Positions 11,510 through 23,800 of a stretch of 64,000 nucleotides of DNA are shown here, in pieces; the first letter of the stretch is position 1, and each line of letters starts with the position of its first letter. Location of the stretch: the NCBI GenBank assembly GCA_910592345.1, contig CAJVPI010000035.1:1-64000 (forward strand). Direction: 5' to 3'. Source of the stretch: Paraglomus brasilianum (lineage: Eukaryota). Made by a program: the position numbers and the translations under genes. The notes beneath the pieces are model-generated. The model was not told the origin of the DNA and made no database searches. It was given only the letters and a program-made list of their open reading frames with translations.

Positions 11510-12816
11510 TATTGCGTTTGATATTAGGTCAATGTGATGGTAGTGTACTTGGATAATTAAAAAGCTAGCTCAGCTATGCTTTATGACAGTTAAACAGCTG
11601 AATCGGTTTTTTTGGTTGTTTTTTTTTTTTTTTTCAAGAACAAACCAGTCGCTCTTGAAATTTGTATTGTAGTTCTTGTCAGGTTGGTATTTTTATACTC
11701 ATTGATCGCCAACAACTCATTTGTGTCGTTGATAACGGTCCACATGTCGTATAATCGTGCATGTTTCACTACCAACTACCTTTATGTCGAAGCATAGTGT
11801 ACATCAAACGAATCCCAATATTATTTGATACGTAAACACGTGTAATGCCGAAAGCGGTAGATTCAAAACAGTGCCGCACTTTTATGGGCTTGCCGGACGC
11901 AGATCTGAGTTTAATTGACAAGCTAACGATCCTCGTGATTGTATTACACAAGTTATACAATGATCGAATACTTGCAGTCATTAGCCGTCATTGAGACCCC
12001 AACAATTTCTAGCAAAGCACGTAGTCGTGCGAGCCAATCAGTCGAAAGGTGGAATACGCCATTCGCTTTAAGTAATGCTGTTTCTGTTTTATAACCTCAC
12101 GTACATGAACAGCGGTGGAGTCAAGCATTGTTATTTTATATTCACTTTGGGTATTTAGATGAATGTCTTTGAGATGGTTGTGTTGGCTTTTTCAGTATAT
12201 ACAGGGAGATAGTCTGGGTTACGTTTTCATATGTAATGTGTGAGTTTTTAACTGTATCCCAATTCTGATGCTATAATTGCAGAGATAAACGTGACGCATT
12301 AATTGGTTTATACGTTATGTGATATTGTGATTTGGAAGACAAAAGTGCGTATTTTTTGGCTTGGACAAGAATGATCCAAAGCTGGGATTGATTATTATGA
12401 TATTTATATGTGGTTAGTCCGTTAATGAGAGCGTTATATGTTGTAAAATATCGTAATGATAATGTGCTTATTATTGTGGTGAAAAAGTTCGATTGTTTAT
12501 GTTAACACAACGGTTTTCTTGACATAATAGATCAATAATAGGCAAATAGGGGGACTGTTGCTAAAAACCGTAATACGTCGAATTAGGAGATGAAATATTC
12601 TTGTTCCAAGCTCGTATTCACGAATGCTTACAATGGCGACAGAAAAGGTATTTAAGCAAGGATATTCCAAGCATATGCTTGAAAATTGATCGTTCCATTA
12701 ATAGTAAAGTATGATGTTTTGGGAAACGATGATGTGCATTAGAGATCAAGAAAGCATGGTTTGACAGATCGACGCTAGTATAGTAATAGTGTCGTTGCAT
12801 CAAATCAAATCGTTGT

Positions 12817-13490
12817 TACTCGAGTACCTGGTTGTAGTCGGACTTCAACTGGAAGGTTGGTGTACAGTATCTTTTGAACATACTCCTGAAAGGATTTGGT
12901 GTTCTAATATTCTCCTTACGTTAATTCACTCAGCTAATTGTTTGTATCCAACAATCGATGTTGTATTAAATGAATTGATTGAGGCAATTGCATTTGTATA
13001 TTGTGAGTGTTTTCGCTTCAAGCATTTGCCATAAAGCGTTGATATTTTCCCAAAACCGACTTCTTATAATAATTCATTATCAAGCGGACGGATTTGTGTA
13101 AGAAAAGCGGGTGCATTGAAAACGGCGGATCCATGAACAGGTTGGCGGTTGAAACAGATCGTCGACAAGGAGAACATTAACGCCACCGAACGGTTGCTAG
13201 TTTTCATGTGATTTCGCAAATAGTTCAGAAATAAACTTTAGCAAACTTGCGAAAATCATGCTTAAAGTGTTAATCTGACGCATTTCACTTTGCTATTAAA
13301 CTGAGTGTCTGATACGAGCGGTCACAGATGAAATTTTTAAAGCAGAATGAATAGTCTTTCCTCTATATATTAATATGGGCTGCAACACCGTTGTGGCGAT
13401 TATCATATATATTTTCCTGTTTGTTGAAAATGTATGCTCAAAGGATGGACAACATGAGATTTCCCAGTGCCAACCGAACCAGTTGATAAA
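12817..13490 (-). pseudogene. Decayed PIF1-family (Helitron-type) SF1B helicase
   Basis: Motifs in the correct order across frameshifts and stops: Walker A TGSVGTGKS (13483-13457), GVAA..GKTIHSALKIS (~13390-13330), SMI..LLKFISELF..QPFGGVNVLLVDDLFQ (~13265-13150), LPVEVRLQPGTRV (12855-12817). Confidence 0.8.
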
Positions 13491-15252
13491 GCTATTGATT
13501 GTTCAGAGAACCTGCCAATACGCTAATAGTTCTGTATGATCTTCTGGCAGATGTGCAATGGACGAGGAGTGTACGATGTGTGGTAGTTTTTTAGAAATTT
13601 GTCGATATTACTAAGAGTCATCTGTCGTTAACGCGATGAGGGTTCTTCTCAATATCGCTTCATTATGGGCCTGTGTATTAATGCTACGCATATTATTAGC
13701 CACAATAACCACTTGTCTAGATTCCTTCAAGATCCAGGGAAGCATAACCCAACGAGCATAGAGCTATTAACATTTCGCTTAGCGTCACGTCGAACACTTT
13801 ATACTTCTGTCTTGAAGTATTAACCCTTTGCGAAGCGTCGAGCGTAACCTCGTTACAACGGAGTACAAGTAACTCATGGAATTATATAATTATCATAGGC
13901 TAACGATAATATCGGAGTTAGCTTCCGGTTTAGTGAATTATTCAGCAATGATAATAATAACTGTAACACTCAATAAATTAATGCGATGTTAACGGTCGAA
14001 TATCTCGCAAGAGAAATTTCCAATCACCCAACGTGAGTCTACCCAGAGTTTGTGACGATGACGATGTATGTTACTTATTCAATGTGTTAAGTGGATAACC
14101 ACAGCAAACGATATTATGTTTATAAGTTAGAATGTAAAGCGCATCTTTTATACACACAAAAAATAATATTAGACTTTGACTCTCTTTCAGTTAATATTAA
14201 CAATATTGGCAATTAGTGTTAGCCTTTATGTTGGTCTACGGTTATTAACGCTCGCCACGAAATACGTATAATGAAACCACTATGTTGCGAGCCGACAAAA
14301 AGACGCGCTTCGCTTATGATACGATTAACGCTTTTAACGCAACATCTTTCTTAACAAACGTAATACTTTCCATCGAATGATCTCGCCTATTATTTACAAA
14401 TGACGTTTCTAAGCGAATGACATCTGTTCCCAGCAAACATAATGTGATATAACGAAGCTTTTTTAAATAAGGCTTACTTCTCGTAGTGAAAGTCTTACAG
14501 GATAACCAGTTTCCTTAAATGCTACGTTACCACGTAAATAGATCTCTCTTCACGAATAGACGCTTAGGAGACTTTAAGAGAGTTCAAGTAAAGCATTTAT
14601 TATTCTTTTGTTCGATTAAACTAGTTATAATATTATAGATTGCACAAACTAACGAATTTTATAACGACGTTTCATGCATTAAATCCATATACTAAGATCG
14701 TTATTTACTATTAGGGTCGTTGGATTCATTTCATCGATAGTTAGGCGTTTATTTAAGAACAAGAGCAAAACAAATTTGGCAAGCAAAAGGCTAAACTTTC
14801 AGCTCAGGACAAAGGTCGTTTTTATAACCAATTTCTAACTATCGCAGTTATTTGTCTAATAATGATAATGAATATATTTCAGAGTTGGATTTTATTTTTT
14901 TTCGTCTATAGAACATCTTCGATACATCTAGGTATTATGGCATGCCTGTGACTTAGCCGACCATCAGGATGCTATTTGCAGCTACTGCATACCGCAATTT
15001 TTGCTGGATTATGCGGATGTGACATAGAGTGCGTGTAATAGTTTTATCCATTTTGCGCCAATATGAATAAATGGTGGTTTCCGTAAGTTCACTGTTGTTA
15101 CTACTACTGTTGGAAGACTCGTGTAACGAAGAAGACACGCGTAAGCAACAACATCCACAAGCGATTTTAAATATGAAATCGCATGGCAGGTTGTTCATTC
15201 GTTATTTGTTTCCCACGGAGCTTACCAGAAAAGGCAATACACACTCTTCCGG

Positions 15253-15404
15253 GGGAGGCAATCATTTCGTCGACAATCATTTCACCGACAATCATTTCAC
15301 CGACAAATCTTTACCAACATTATTTCGAAGTTATCCTTTTTGGTAGTTAATTGTCGGTGAAATGTCTGTCGGTGAAATGATTGTCGATGAAATAATACGG
15401 ACCC
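15253..15404. mobile_element. 152-bp non-autonomous Mutator/MULE (foldback-like) MITE
   Basis: ~54-bp imperfect TIRs starting GGG, built from 15-bp subrepeats ATCATTTCACCGACA; perfect 9-bp direct repeat CTCTTCCGG at 15244-15252 and 15405-15413. Confidence 0.88.
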
Positions 15405-15790
15405 CTCTTCCGGTAATTACCTTTTATGAAATAACATAAATTTTGTACAGTCAACCCTCTTTATAGTCACCTCTCTATAATAATAAGCACATAAGCTATT
15501 GAACTTGTAAAAAAAACCCTCTATACAGTTTATAAGCACATTCCCAACAACGTATTCGACTAATATAGTTATTCGTTGTGAGAGTTTCACAACCCGCAGT
15601 ATCGCGTGAATATAATTCAATACACAAATTGTAAAGTTTTTTTTTGCAACGAAAACTTTGTGCTATTGACAGAGAGCAATAGGGCAATGCTCATAGAGAG
15701 TCTAACGTCCTGCGAGCTCTATTAAATAAATGCAATGTGTCTATTATTCAACTACTCGACGGCACAGAGCAATCCCAGTTAGCATTGCCA

Positions 15791-16635
15791 ATGCTTACTA
15801 GTAATGTTCACAAGAAACGGCGCGTAGAAGGAGAAACAAGCTGAAGTTAAGGCTCTTTTCCTCCGGACGCGTAGCAATAATGAATACTTGTTTTATGAAG
15901 TGGCAAGGCCGTCTTGTGACGGGCTGCCTAATAAGATTAGGAAAAGCCCGTTTCATAATTCGGAACGAACAAATCGTTCAATGGGCTAACGCGGCTCTAA
16001 CCAAGAAAATTCAAAAGACGAAGCAAACAATCAGCCTTTGTCGTCTCTTACTTTTAAAACATGAAGAGTTTATGGTAGAGGAGTGGAACAAAATTCCGAG
16101 TTTTTTATTCAATTTAGTCGAGTTCGATGTTGTTTGGTTAGCTAATAATAAATACGAATCATTATGCATGTAATTGATACAAATTTTATTCCAAAAACTT
16201 TTTTATTGTGTCGTATAGTTGGGTTGCCCAGAATCACTGGCAAAGTCAACGATGAATTTCATTTAGCGTGAGCTAGCACACCAATATTAAATAAAACCAC
16301 ATAAGATATAACTTTGTTCTTTGAGAGTTTTCGTGGTCTTACCACTGATTTGCTGTGCTGCTTGTTCTTTTGAGGATTAGCCGTTATTATTTACGCATAG
16401 AGCGCATGGACTGGAGCAAATGATACCAGAATACTATTGGGAACGTTCTACGTGCGGCCACAGATTCCGTAACCGCGCTGCAGCTTTTCAAGCTTTTCAC
16501 GAAAAGGCCGAATCTCGTATCCGAGAAGTTCAGTTTGGCGAGCTCCTTTCTGATGAAGACTGCAAAGTAGAAAAGGACCGGGATCAATTCAAATGTTACA
16601 GTCATTATAAGATGGTATTTCGGTGGAAGACATAG
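15791..16635 (+). pseudogene. Possible decayed gene fragments of unknown family
   Basis: Coding-like composition in shifting frames (15791-16100) and an acceptor-bounded open segment 16401-16635; no recognisable motif. Confidence 0.25.
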
Positions 16636-16983
16636 CGTTTCAATTTCAATGCTAGCATGTCTAACTTGAGGCACTAGCAGCCCCATCTCAAACTGTATGG
16701 ACAAATTATTCATTATAGAAAGTCATTAGTGATATAGCAAAGCATAAGGTAACTCTCATCGATTCAGAAGCCAAATTAAAGGGTACGTGAAACTCTCCCA
16801 TCGAGTTATATTGTGCTTCGAGAGCATTAAACGCCGTTTCATGCTCGGCGTTAAGTAGTTGCCGAAGGAAGAAGAGACATATGCATAAAACTTTCACAAA
16901 TAACCTCATTTTATGCTACATTATGAAGTTAGATAGTATTTGTCAAACATTTTGTAAAGAGTAGAATTTAATCCGGTTATTCA

Positions 16984-18068
16984 TCATTGCGTTTGCGTTC
17001 CAAATCCTCGAATTCCTTCACCAAACGACCATTCCGTGGGTAAAGCATACGGTTCGCTTATCTCCACACCGTCTGCTGTCACCTTGGCTCGTTGTATTCT
17101 ATTCAATGTTTTACATTCCCGATAGAATAATATTTTCATACAAGTGTTTAAAATTTCGATTGCTTCTGCTTCCGTAAGAATGCCCTCGCGACCTTCGACA
17201 GCGTTACGAAGGATAGGTTGTGCAAAATATGCGCCAAGGCCTGTTGCAACTATGGAAGATTGATACGTTGTACCGAGCAAGTCAACGTAACCCAGGAACC
17301 TATGTATCGAGAAAGGGTGAGATGAAACGTGTCGAGCAAATTCGATACTTTAGTGATGTAGGCATACCTTTCGCCATTGTTATATCCTCCGACAACATAT
17401 GTATTCCATAATGGATCCAATTTTGATCTTCTATGATACAAGACACGACTTAAATATTCATATATATGTGGAGTTGATAATACATGATCATCGTTGGTGT
17501 AGTATTCCTTTATCCTAAACATTCCAATCGCATTGTATTTCAGTCACGTATGTTGTAGTTTTATTATTACTGTTAATATTAACCGCTTCCCAGATCACTT
17601 ACATGAGCGAATCCAACATATGTTTTGTATGTTGGAAATCAGACATATCTCCAGCGGCGCCAAGCACTGTAAAATTGCCAACAGGATATATTCTCGACTC
17701 GTTTCTGTATCGAGCAAGTTGACCCCAGGAACCTAAGATTCACACTCGTGCTTTAGTTCTCAATTAAGCGGTTCCGATCAAACCGCCCAAAATTCCTATT
17801 CAACAATTACCTAGGGTATCAGCAGCAATCATCACACCGTCCTGGTATTCTAAACCGAGGACGGTAGAACCCATAACCAAAGGTTTTCTGTGAAATTTAT
17901 CCTTAGTCAATCGCTATTCAACACTCGTGGACATATTGATATCCTTGTATTCACTCACCGAGTACATTTTGTAAAATCGCCAATTGCATGATTCGCGTTT
18001 GTTGGATTACTGTCGTAAGGGTTAAACAAGTCAGAGAAACGGTCGAAGTTTCCAGAGAATCGATCCAT
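16984..18068 (-). CDS. PRE4: 20S proteasome subunit beta type-7 (PSMB4/Pre4), 5 exons
   Basis: Spliced motifs KPLVMGSTVLGLEYQDGVMIAADTLGSWGQLARY, GAAGDMSDFQ, YLSRVLYHRRSKLDPLWN, FLGYVDLLGTTYQSSIVATGLGAYFAQPILR, CMKILFYRE. Confidence 0.95.
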
Positions 18069-18567
18069 GGTCTTCGTCCGAGTTGGGAAATGGAGAATAA
18101 AAAATGGAAGTTGCGCAATACGAGTAAACGTCATCTGACTGTTGATTGGATCAACGCGCCACACAGAATGTTAATACCTATTAACAAACCTAGAAAATTG
18201 TTAAAATAGAGAAAATTTTATCTTCGTTTTAATCTGTCACATTTATCAAGTATACTAATACTAATACTAATTATAATACACTAAACTTGGTCAAGTTAAA
18301 AAGGCAACTAATGTTGTTCACGAATTAAGCTAAAAACATCAGGACGGTGATAAATCGCTTTTCATTAGGAAGAACAATAAATATTAATCATCGCTAAAAC
18401 TTTGGACTCCGAGATACTCTTATTTGCGAGAATTTCACATTTGACGTGGGGTTTTATTAAATGATTATATAGAATATACACAGTTTCGAACTCAAATAAC
18501 TAAACAAATACCCTTTTCTCCTCTCTCCTAATCTTCCTCTCACCGTCACTATTAATTAAACAAAAGT

Positions 18568-20784
18568 CTACAGCCATTGCATCCAAGTGAAATCCATCAA
18601 TGCGAGATTCTGCGGATTAGTGGCCTTTGCAATTAACTCGAGAATTCCATGATTAACAACAACCTTCGGATCCTTTGGAGGCTAACGAAATGCAGAAATA
18701 TTATTAGTACATTGATTGTATGCGTAGCCGCAAAGCCATAATCAGTAACAATGAACCGCATCAGTCACCTTCTCTCGAATGTCTTTACATGACAATTCAC
18801 GAGCCCTCTGTACTATTACGTTTACGTTTGTAGCAATTTTCTGCTTTAATTGAACTTCGGTGCATTGCTTCTGATTCATGAAAAACCACGCTGCTACTTC
18901 GTCTCGTACAAATATACTTAAATATTGACTCAAATCAAACTATAATATTAACGCCGTCAGTACTAAACCACAACGCACAATTTCATAGACAACCTATATT
19001 TCTAAATACAATACCTCTGGATCGATAAGGCTTTGTCCGATAGCCATCAGCGAGCTGGCGAAGACGCCCTCTACTCCAATGGGAGTCATAAAGTTTTGCA
19101 AATTGCGTGTAAGTCTGAATGGCACAGTTTCATGTGTTGTCATCAATGGCGTCACAGCCAGTACTATAGGGCGAATAGAGAGTTAATACAAATGCAGACA
19201 TAAACGATCAGTAGCTGTTCGTATTCACCATAATTTGCCATGTTCGGTGTCAAGTCCGTCGTCCATATGTTTCCTGTATTCGTTGAGATAATAAATTTAG
19301 GCGGATGTCGTTGTCCAATGCCCATCGTATATGTCATAAACGCAACTGATGCCATTTGCTTAGTGAATTGCTTTCTCAGCATCCACAAATCAGAATGCGA
19401 TTTCATACATCGTGAAAGGTATTTCGATAGTATATCGGGTGGAATAAACTTGGCGGCAATATCTTCCACAACTTCCAATCCTTGGTTAGTTAATTGGACG
19501 CTACCCTAATATCGGAAAGTAGGAAATATATGTTAACGCCTCAATGTTAGAACTTGGTGAGCTTTACCTAACACTGTCTAATATCACTATGCAAACTGTT
19601 ATTTTGCTTGAAAGGTAAGCGTCTAAATTCTCTTTTTACTGATAGTGATGTACTATTAGCATAAGCAAATGATATTCCAAACACACCTGATTGTTTTGAG
19701 GTATATTCCTTCTCATCCTGCTAGCATAATAGAAAAGTATCTCGTCCTTTCTAATACCATGAGTATCACAATAATCCTCATATACATCTTGCAACGACAC
19801 ATACGAAGCATCGTCCTCAATTATTCTTAATTGAGGAGCCAATGGTACGATCAACGGAACGTGGAAGAACAACTCCCGCCTCCTACTTTCTTTCTTCCTT
19901 GCCAATACACTGTTCAATATTCTGAACAATTGTATAATTTTCTCCTCCCGTCTACAGTGTTTTGTCACTGGTTGCTGAACAGCAAACGGATGTAGGCTAC
20001 CGTCATATCCTCGGAATGTGAGTCTACGGTAGCACCATCCATGTGATCTGATTGAATCTACCTCAGGCATGACACGCTCAATACGAATAAAGTCGTTGTT
20101 ATTATGATCGCGAAGGAGAAGATATTGTCCAGGCATATCTATTTCATCGAATTTTTGATGTTGGAGTTCGGCAAGATAATTGGAAAAATGTTCGAGGTGA
20201 TGTTTACGATGTCTACTATCGAGCGTTGTCTCAATTCTGTCTCGCAATTTACGAAGGCTTTCCACGTATTGGAAAAGATCAGGCTTACTCTGAATAAATT
20301 CTTCACGGAACGCTTTCTACAAAGACAAGCAAAACATTCAGCAAAAAATCGGCAAAAAAAGAGAATAGCAAAATTTTTCCTATAATCACAAGTCGCATAC
20401 TTGAAAATGACCAGGAGGAAGACTATTAGCAAACCGTTTGATATTATCTTCTGTTGCTTTACTTAACGCTGTTTCATCCATTCCCTTACTAACTCTTCCC
20501 GTAATTTGCTATTGAAAGAAGAAGAGTTACTAACGTTGTTAACAGATAAAGTAGTTAGATTAAACATTTGTCTTTGTCTGCTAAATTGCCGTTACCTGCA
20601 CGCCATCATTAAACAGAGCTACAATTAATCTATAAATATCTTCATCGGAAGTAGACCTCAGCCTTACTCGGATATGTTCAACCATACTCTCAAGTGTTAA
20701 AGACAAGGAAGGATAAGTTGACTTTAAGGCTGACATTATGTCTTCCACGTGTTCCCAAGGCTGCCTATTGACATTCGGCTTTTG

Positions 20785-20879
<95 letters not shown>

Positions 20880-23800
20880 GCTGCTGCTGCTGTTGCTGTT
20901 GTTGTTGTTGTTGTTGTTGCTGTTGTTGTGATGATGATGGTGGTGGTTGCTGACTTGTTTGCCCTGGTACTGAATGAGGCGTCTGAGGTGTCTGTGATGC
21001 AACGGGACTGGCTTGATTGAGATTCACTGTGTGTGGACTCATTGGATTAGGACTACTCTGCGTGCTTGGAGCTGGTATTACTATCCCATCGTTGCCATTG
21101 GATGGTCCGGGTGTTGTTGGGTTGGGAGTTGCTGGAGTATTAGGAACAGATGTGGAAGCGGACGTGGATGCCGTGGATTGAGCAGAACGTTGAGCTGAAT
21201 GATTTTGCAATTTATTTGCGTGTTCTTCTCTGCACGCTCTTAAGTGAAAATAGAGAGCCTTTTGATAAAGTCAAAAATTATATTTAGTTCGTGCACATTG
21301 GTGTCTTAATCAATGACATAACTTTTTACTTACTTGAGGATATTGTTTGGCTATTTTCGTTAGTATATAGCGTGCTTGACGTGCTTCTTTGTGCTGTAGA
21401 CAAACGATCAACTGTGGTATGAATGTAATCCAATACCATGTTGGTACGTCTCCCTTACTAACATAGGATTCAAATACTGTTGCTAATGTTCCTTGAGTAT
21501 CGTCAGTAGCTAATAGCCACAGTATACGAAGTAATAATTTCCTTGACTTGTGGTTGTTATACAACCCAGCAGCTTGCAAGTAACAACTCAGTGCATTGGT
21601 TGCATGAGATATATCGTTCGGTTCTTGTTGATATTTTCTATCGTTGTGATGTCCCCACGCTGCCCATGCCTTAGACAGACGGAAATCAACCTGAACTGCT
21701 GTTGCAAAGCTCGAGTTTGCTTCCTGGTCTTTATTCATTTTAGCAAGTATCATTCCTTTCAAAGTGTGAAATTCGGCCTTCTGCTGATGACCAAAATAAT
21801 TGAGATTTGTATTGTTTATCACATCGAGTGCAAGGGGAAGTTCATTTGTATTGTGATAATGGCATTTTGTTTGCTCTCTTAGTTTTAAAAACGCTTCTTG
21901 TATTTCGATATTAGGTAAAGAGTAAATTTGCTGTAAAAAGCTTACGCAAACTTCAGAAAGTGCATGCTTTCTAGCAACGTGTGCGAATCTATTGATTATC
22001 CAAGCAGTTTCATGATGGCCTCTGAATGCGAAATTATTATTAGATGTCGAGTTGCCTGTGGATTGTTGATATGGTTGATAAGCACGATTAACCATTCTGA
22101 ATATGTGTTTGCGCCATGCCACTAAATCGCTCCAAATGTTAATATCCTCCCATACATTAGGTAACCTTTCTCTCCAGCCTTGAAACACTGATTTCATCTC
22201 AAATGCCTTAGCTTCTGCATTCGAACTACTCAGATTATTCAGAGTCGTGAGTAGCTTATTCGCATCTTCCAGTTCAATATACTGTTGGAATATTTGTAAC
22301 AAAGGAATGTGACTTTGTGATATGATTCCAGGGAGTGAATGCCACTTGCGTAAGGTCAGCTGAAGCATCTCATCACATGCCTTCTTAAACACATCTGTAT
22401 TCTTATCCTGTTGAGCATTCACGAATGCTAGGAAGGATTCAAAAACTTTCCCTCTAGGAGTAGGCTCATGAGATATTTGTTGTATTGTATGTTCAATAAA
22501 CTTTACTTCATCCATCCAGTCATGTAGACGCCATTCGCATTCAAGTATTAGATCCGCGTTGTTCTCATTCTTCGCATAATCTAAAAGAATGTCCCACTGT
22601 TGTAATCTCTCAGCACATGATAGCCAATGCTCTTCCCATAGAAGATACTCGGGTTCAGTAAGTTGCGACCCACCAGATCGACTTTTATTCTGAGCAAGTC
22701 CATATGCCAGTTGTGCTTCTAACCACATCCCACATTGCTCATATGAGATAGCCGCGCTCGTCTCTGCATGTAAAGACCTCTGGCGCCATAAACCAGCGTA
22801 CATGTCATCTTCGGATAATGTGGCATATAAATCGGCCAATGCATCTAATGTACCATCCTTGAATTTGTCCTCGTCTCGATGGGGAGCGTTTGTATGCTGT
22901 TGTAAAAGCTCTAACGCTGTATGCCATGCGCAAAAAGTCCTCCCAATATATTTGATTAAATGAGGTGGTAACTTCATAGGTGGCACGCACCGAGATACAC
23001 CATCCAACAGTGCTTGAACACAGTTAGGACGCATATCGGCCTGCTTTATATGATACTCTTTAGAAAGCAGAGATATCATATTCTTTGTCAAATCTTGTCT
23101 ATCCTTGTGAGTTATAATTCCCGTACACGACGGGAACAGGTCAATCCATAATTGACAAGCGAGTTGGCTATCCAAATGGTGAAGTTGTGTTATCGGTCTA
23201 ATGAGATCTCTTGCTTCTATATTAGCCAATTTATGTATAAACTCAAGATGACTATGAAACAGTTCCGTGACTTTAGAATCTACAACAGTTGATAACTCAG
23301 CGGAGATGAGATTAGAATATATTGTGGTGATAGGTTTAGTTTGTAATCCAGTGGCAGGTGGTCTAATTTTAGTCTCTGATATGGCAGCACCAAGAAGAAG
23401 ATCTAATGCTTGATGAAGCCAAAAATGAGCACCAAGAGATTCCCAATTTTGAACGCTGACTATATAATTCAGACGGGTATACAAATTCCTTTCCATGCTG
23501 TTATCAAATATATCCATAAATCGATTACGAATGGCAGGCTTGTTACTGCGAGTACCCATCAAGAATGCTTGCTCAAGCTTTTTCGTGAGATCAGTTCTGA
23601 AAAACAATGGATCACTATAGATGGATATTACAAGATCTAAGTATTCTTCCAATAATGTCTTATCTTCTAAAGACTCAAAAGACATCATCTTCATTAAAAT
23701 CTTAGCTTTCTCTTTCATGGTAGGTAAAGTATCCGTTTTTTTAATAATCCATTGCTTCGCCATCTCAAATATGGCTCGAGCTAATACGTTATCCTTAATT

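Noticed and set aside
16550..16590. CTGATGA...GAAA as a second hammerhead
   Set aside because: Stems I-III cannot be formed around the core
17266..17731. Similar starts of two PRE4 exons (GTTCCTGGG...ACTTGCTCG.TACA)
   Set aside because: Both encode conserved peptides in different frames; most likely coincidence
20736..21002. Poly-Cys, poly-Leu and poly-Asn/Ser ORFs
   Set aside because: Alternative frames and antisense readings of the TRA1 polyQ repeat
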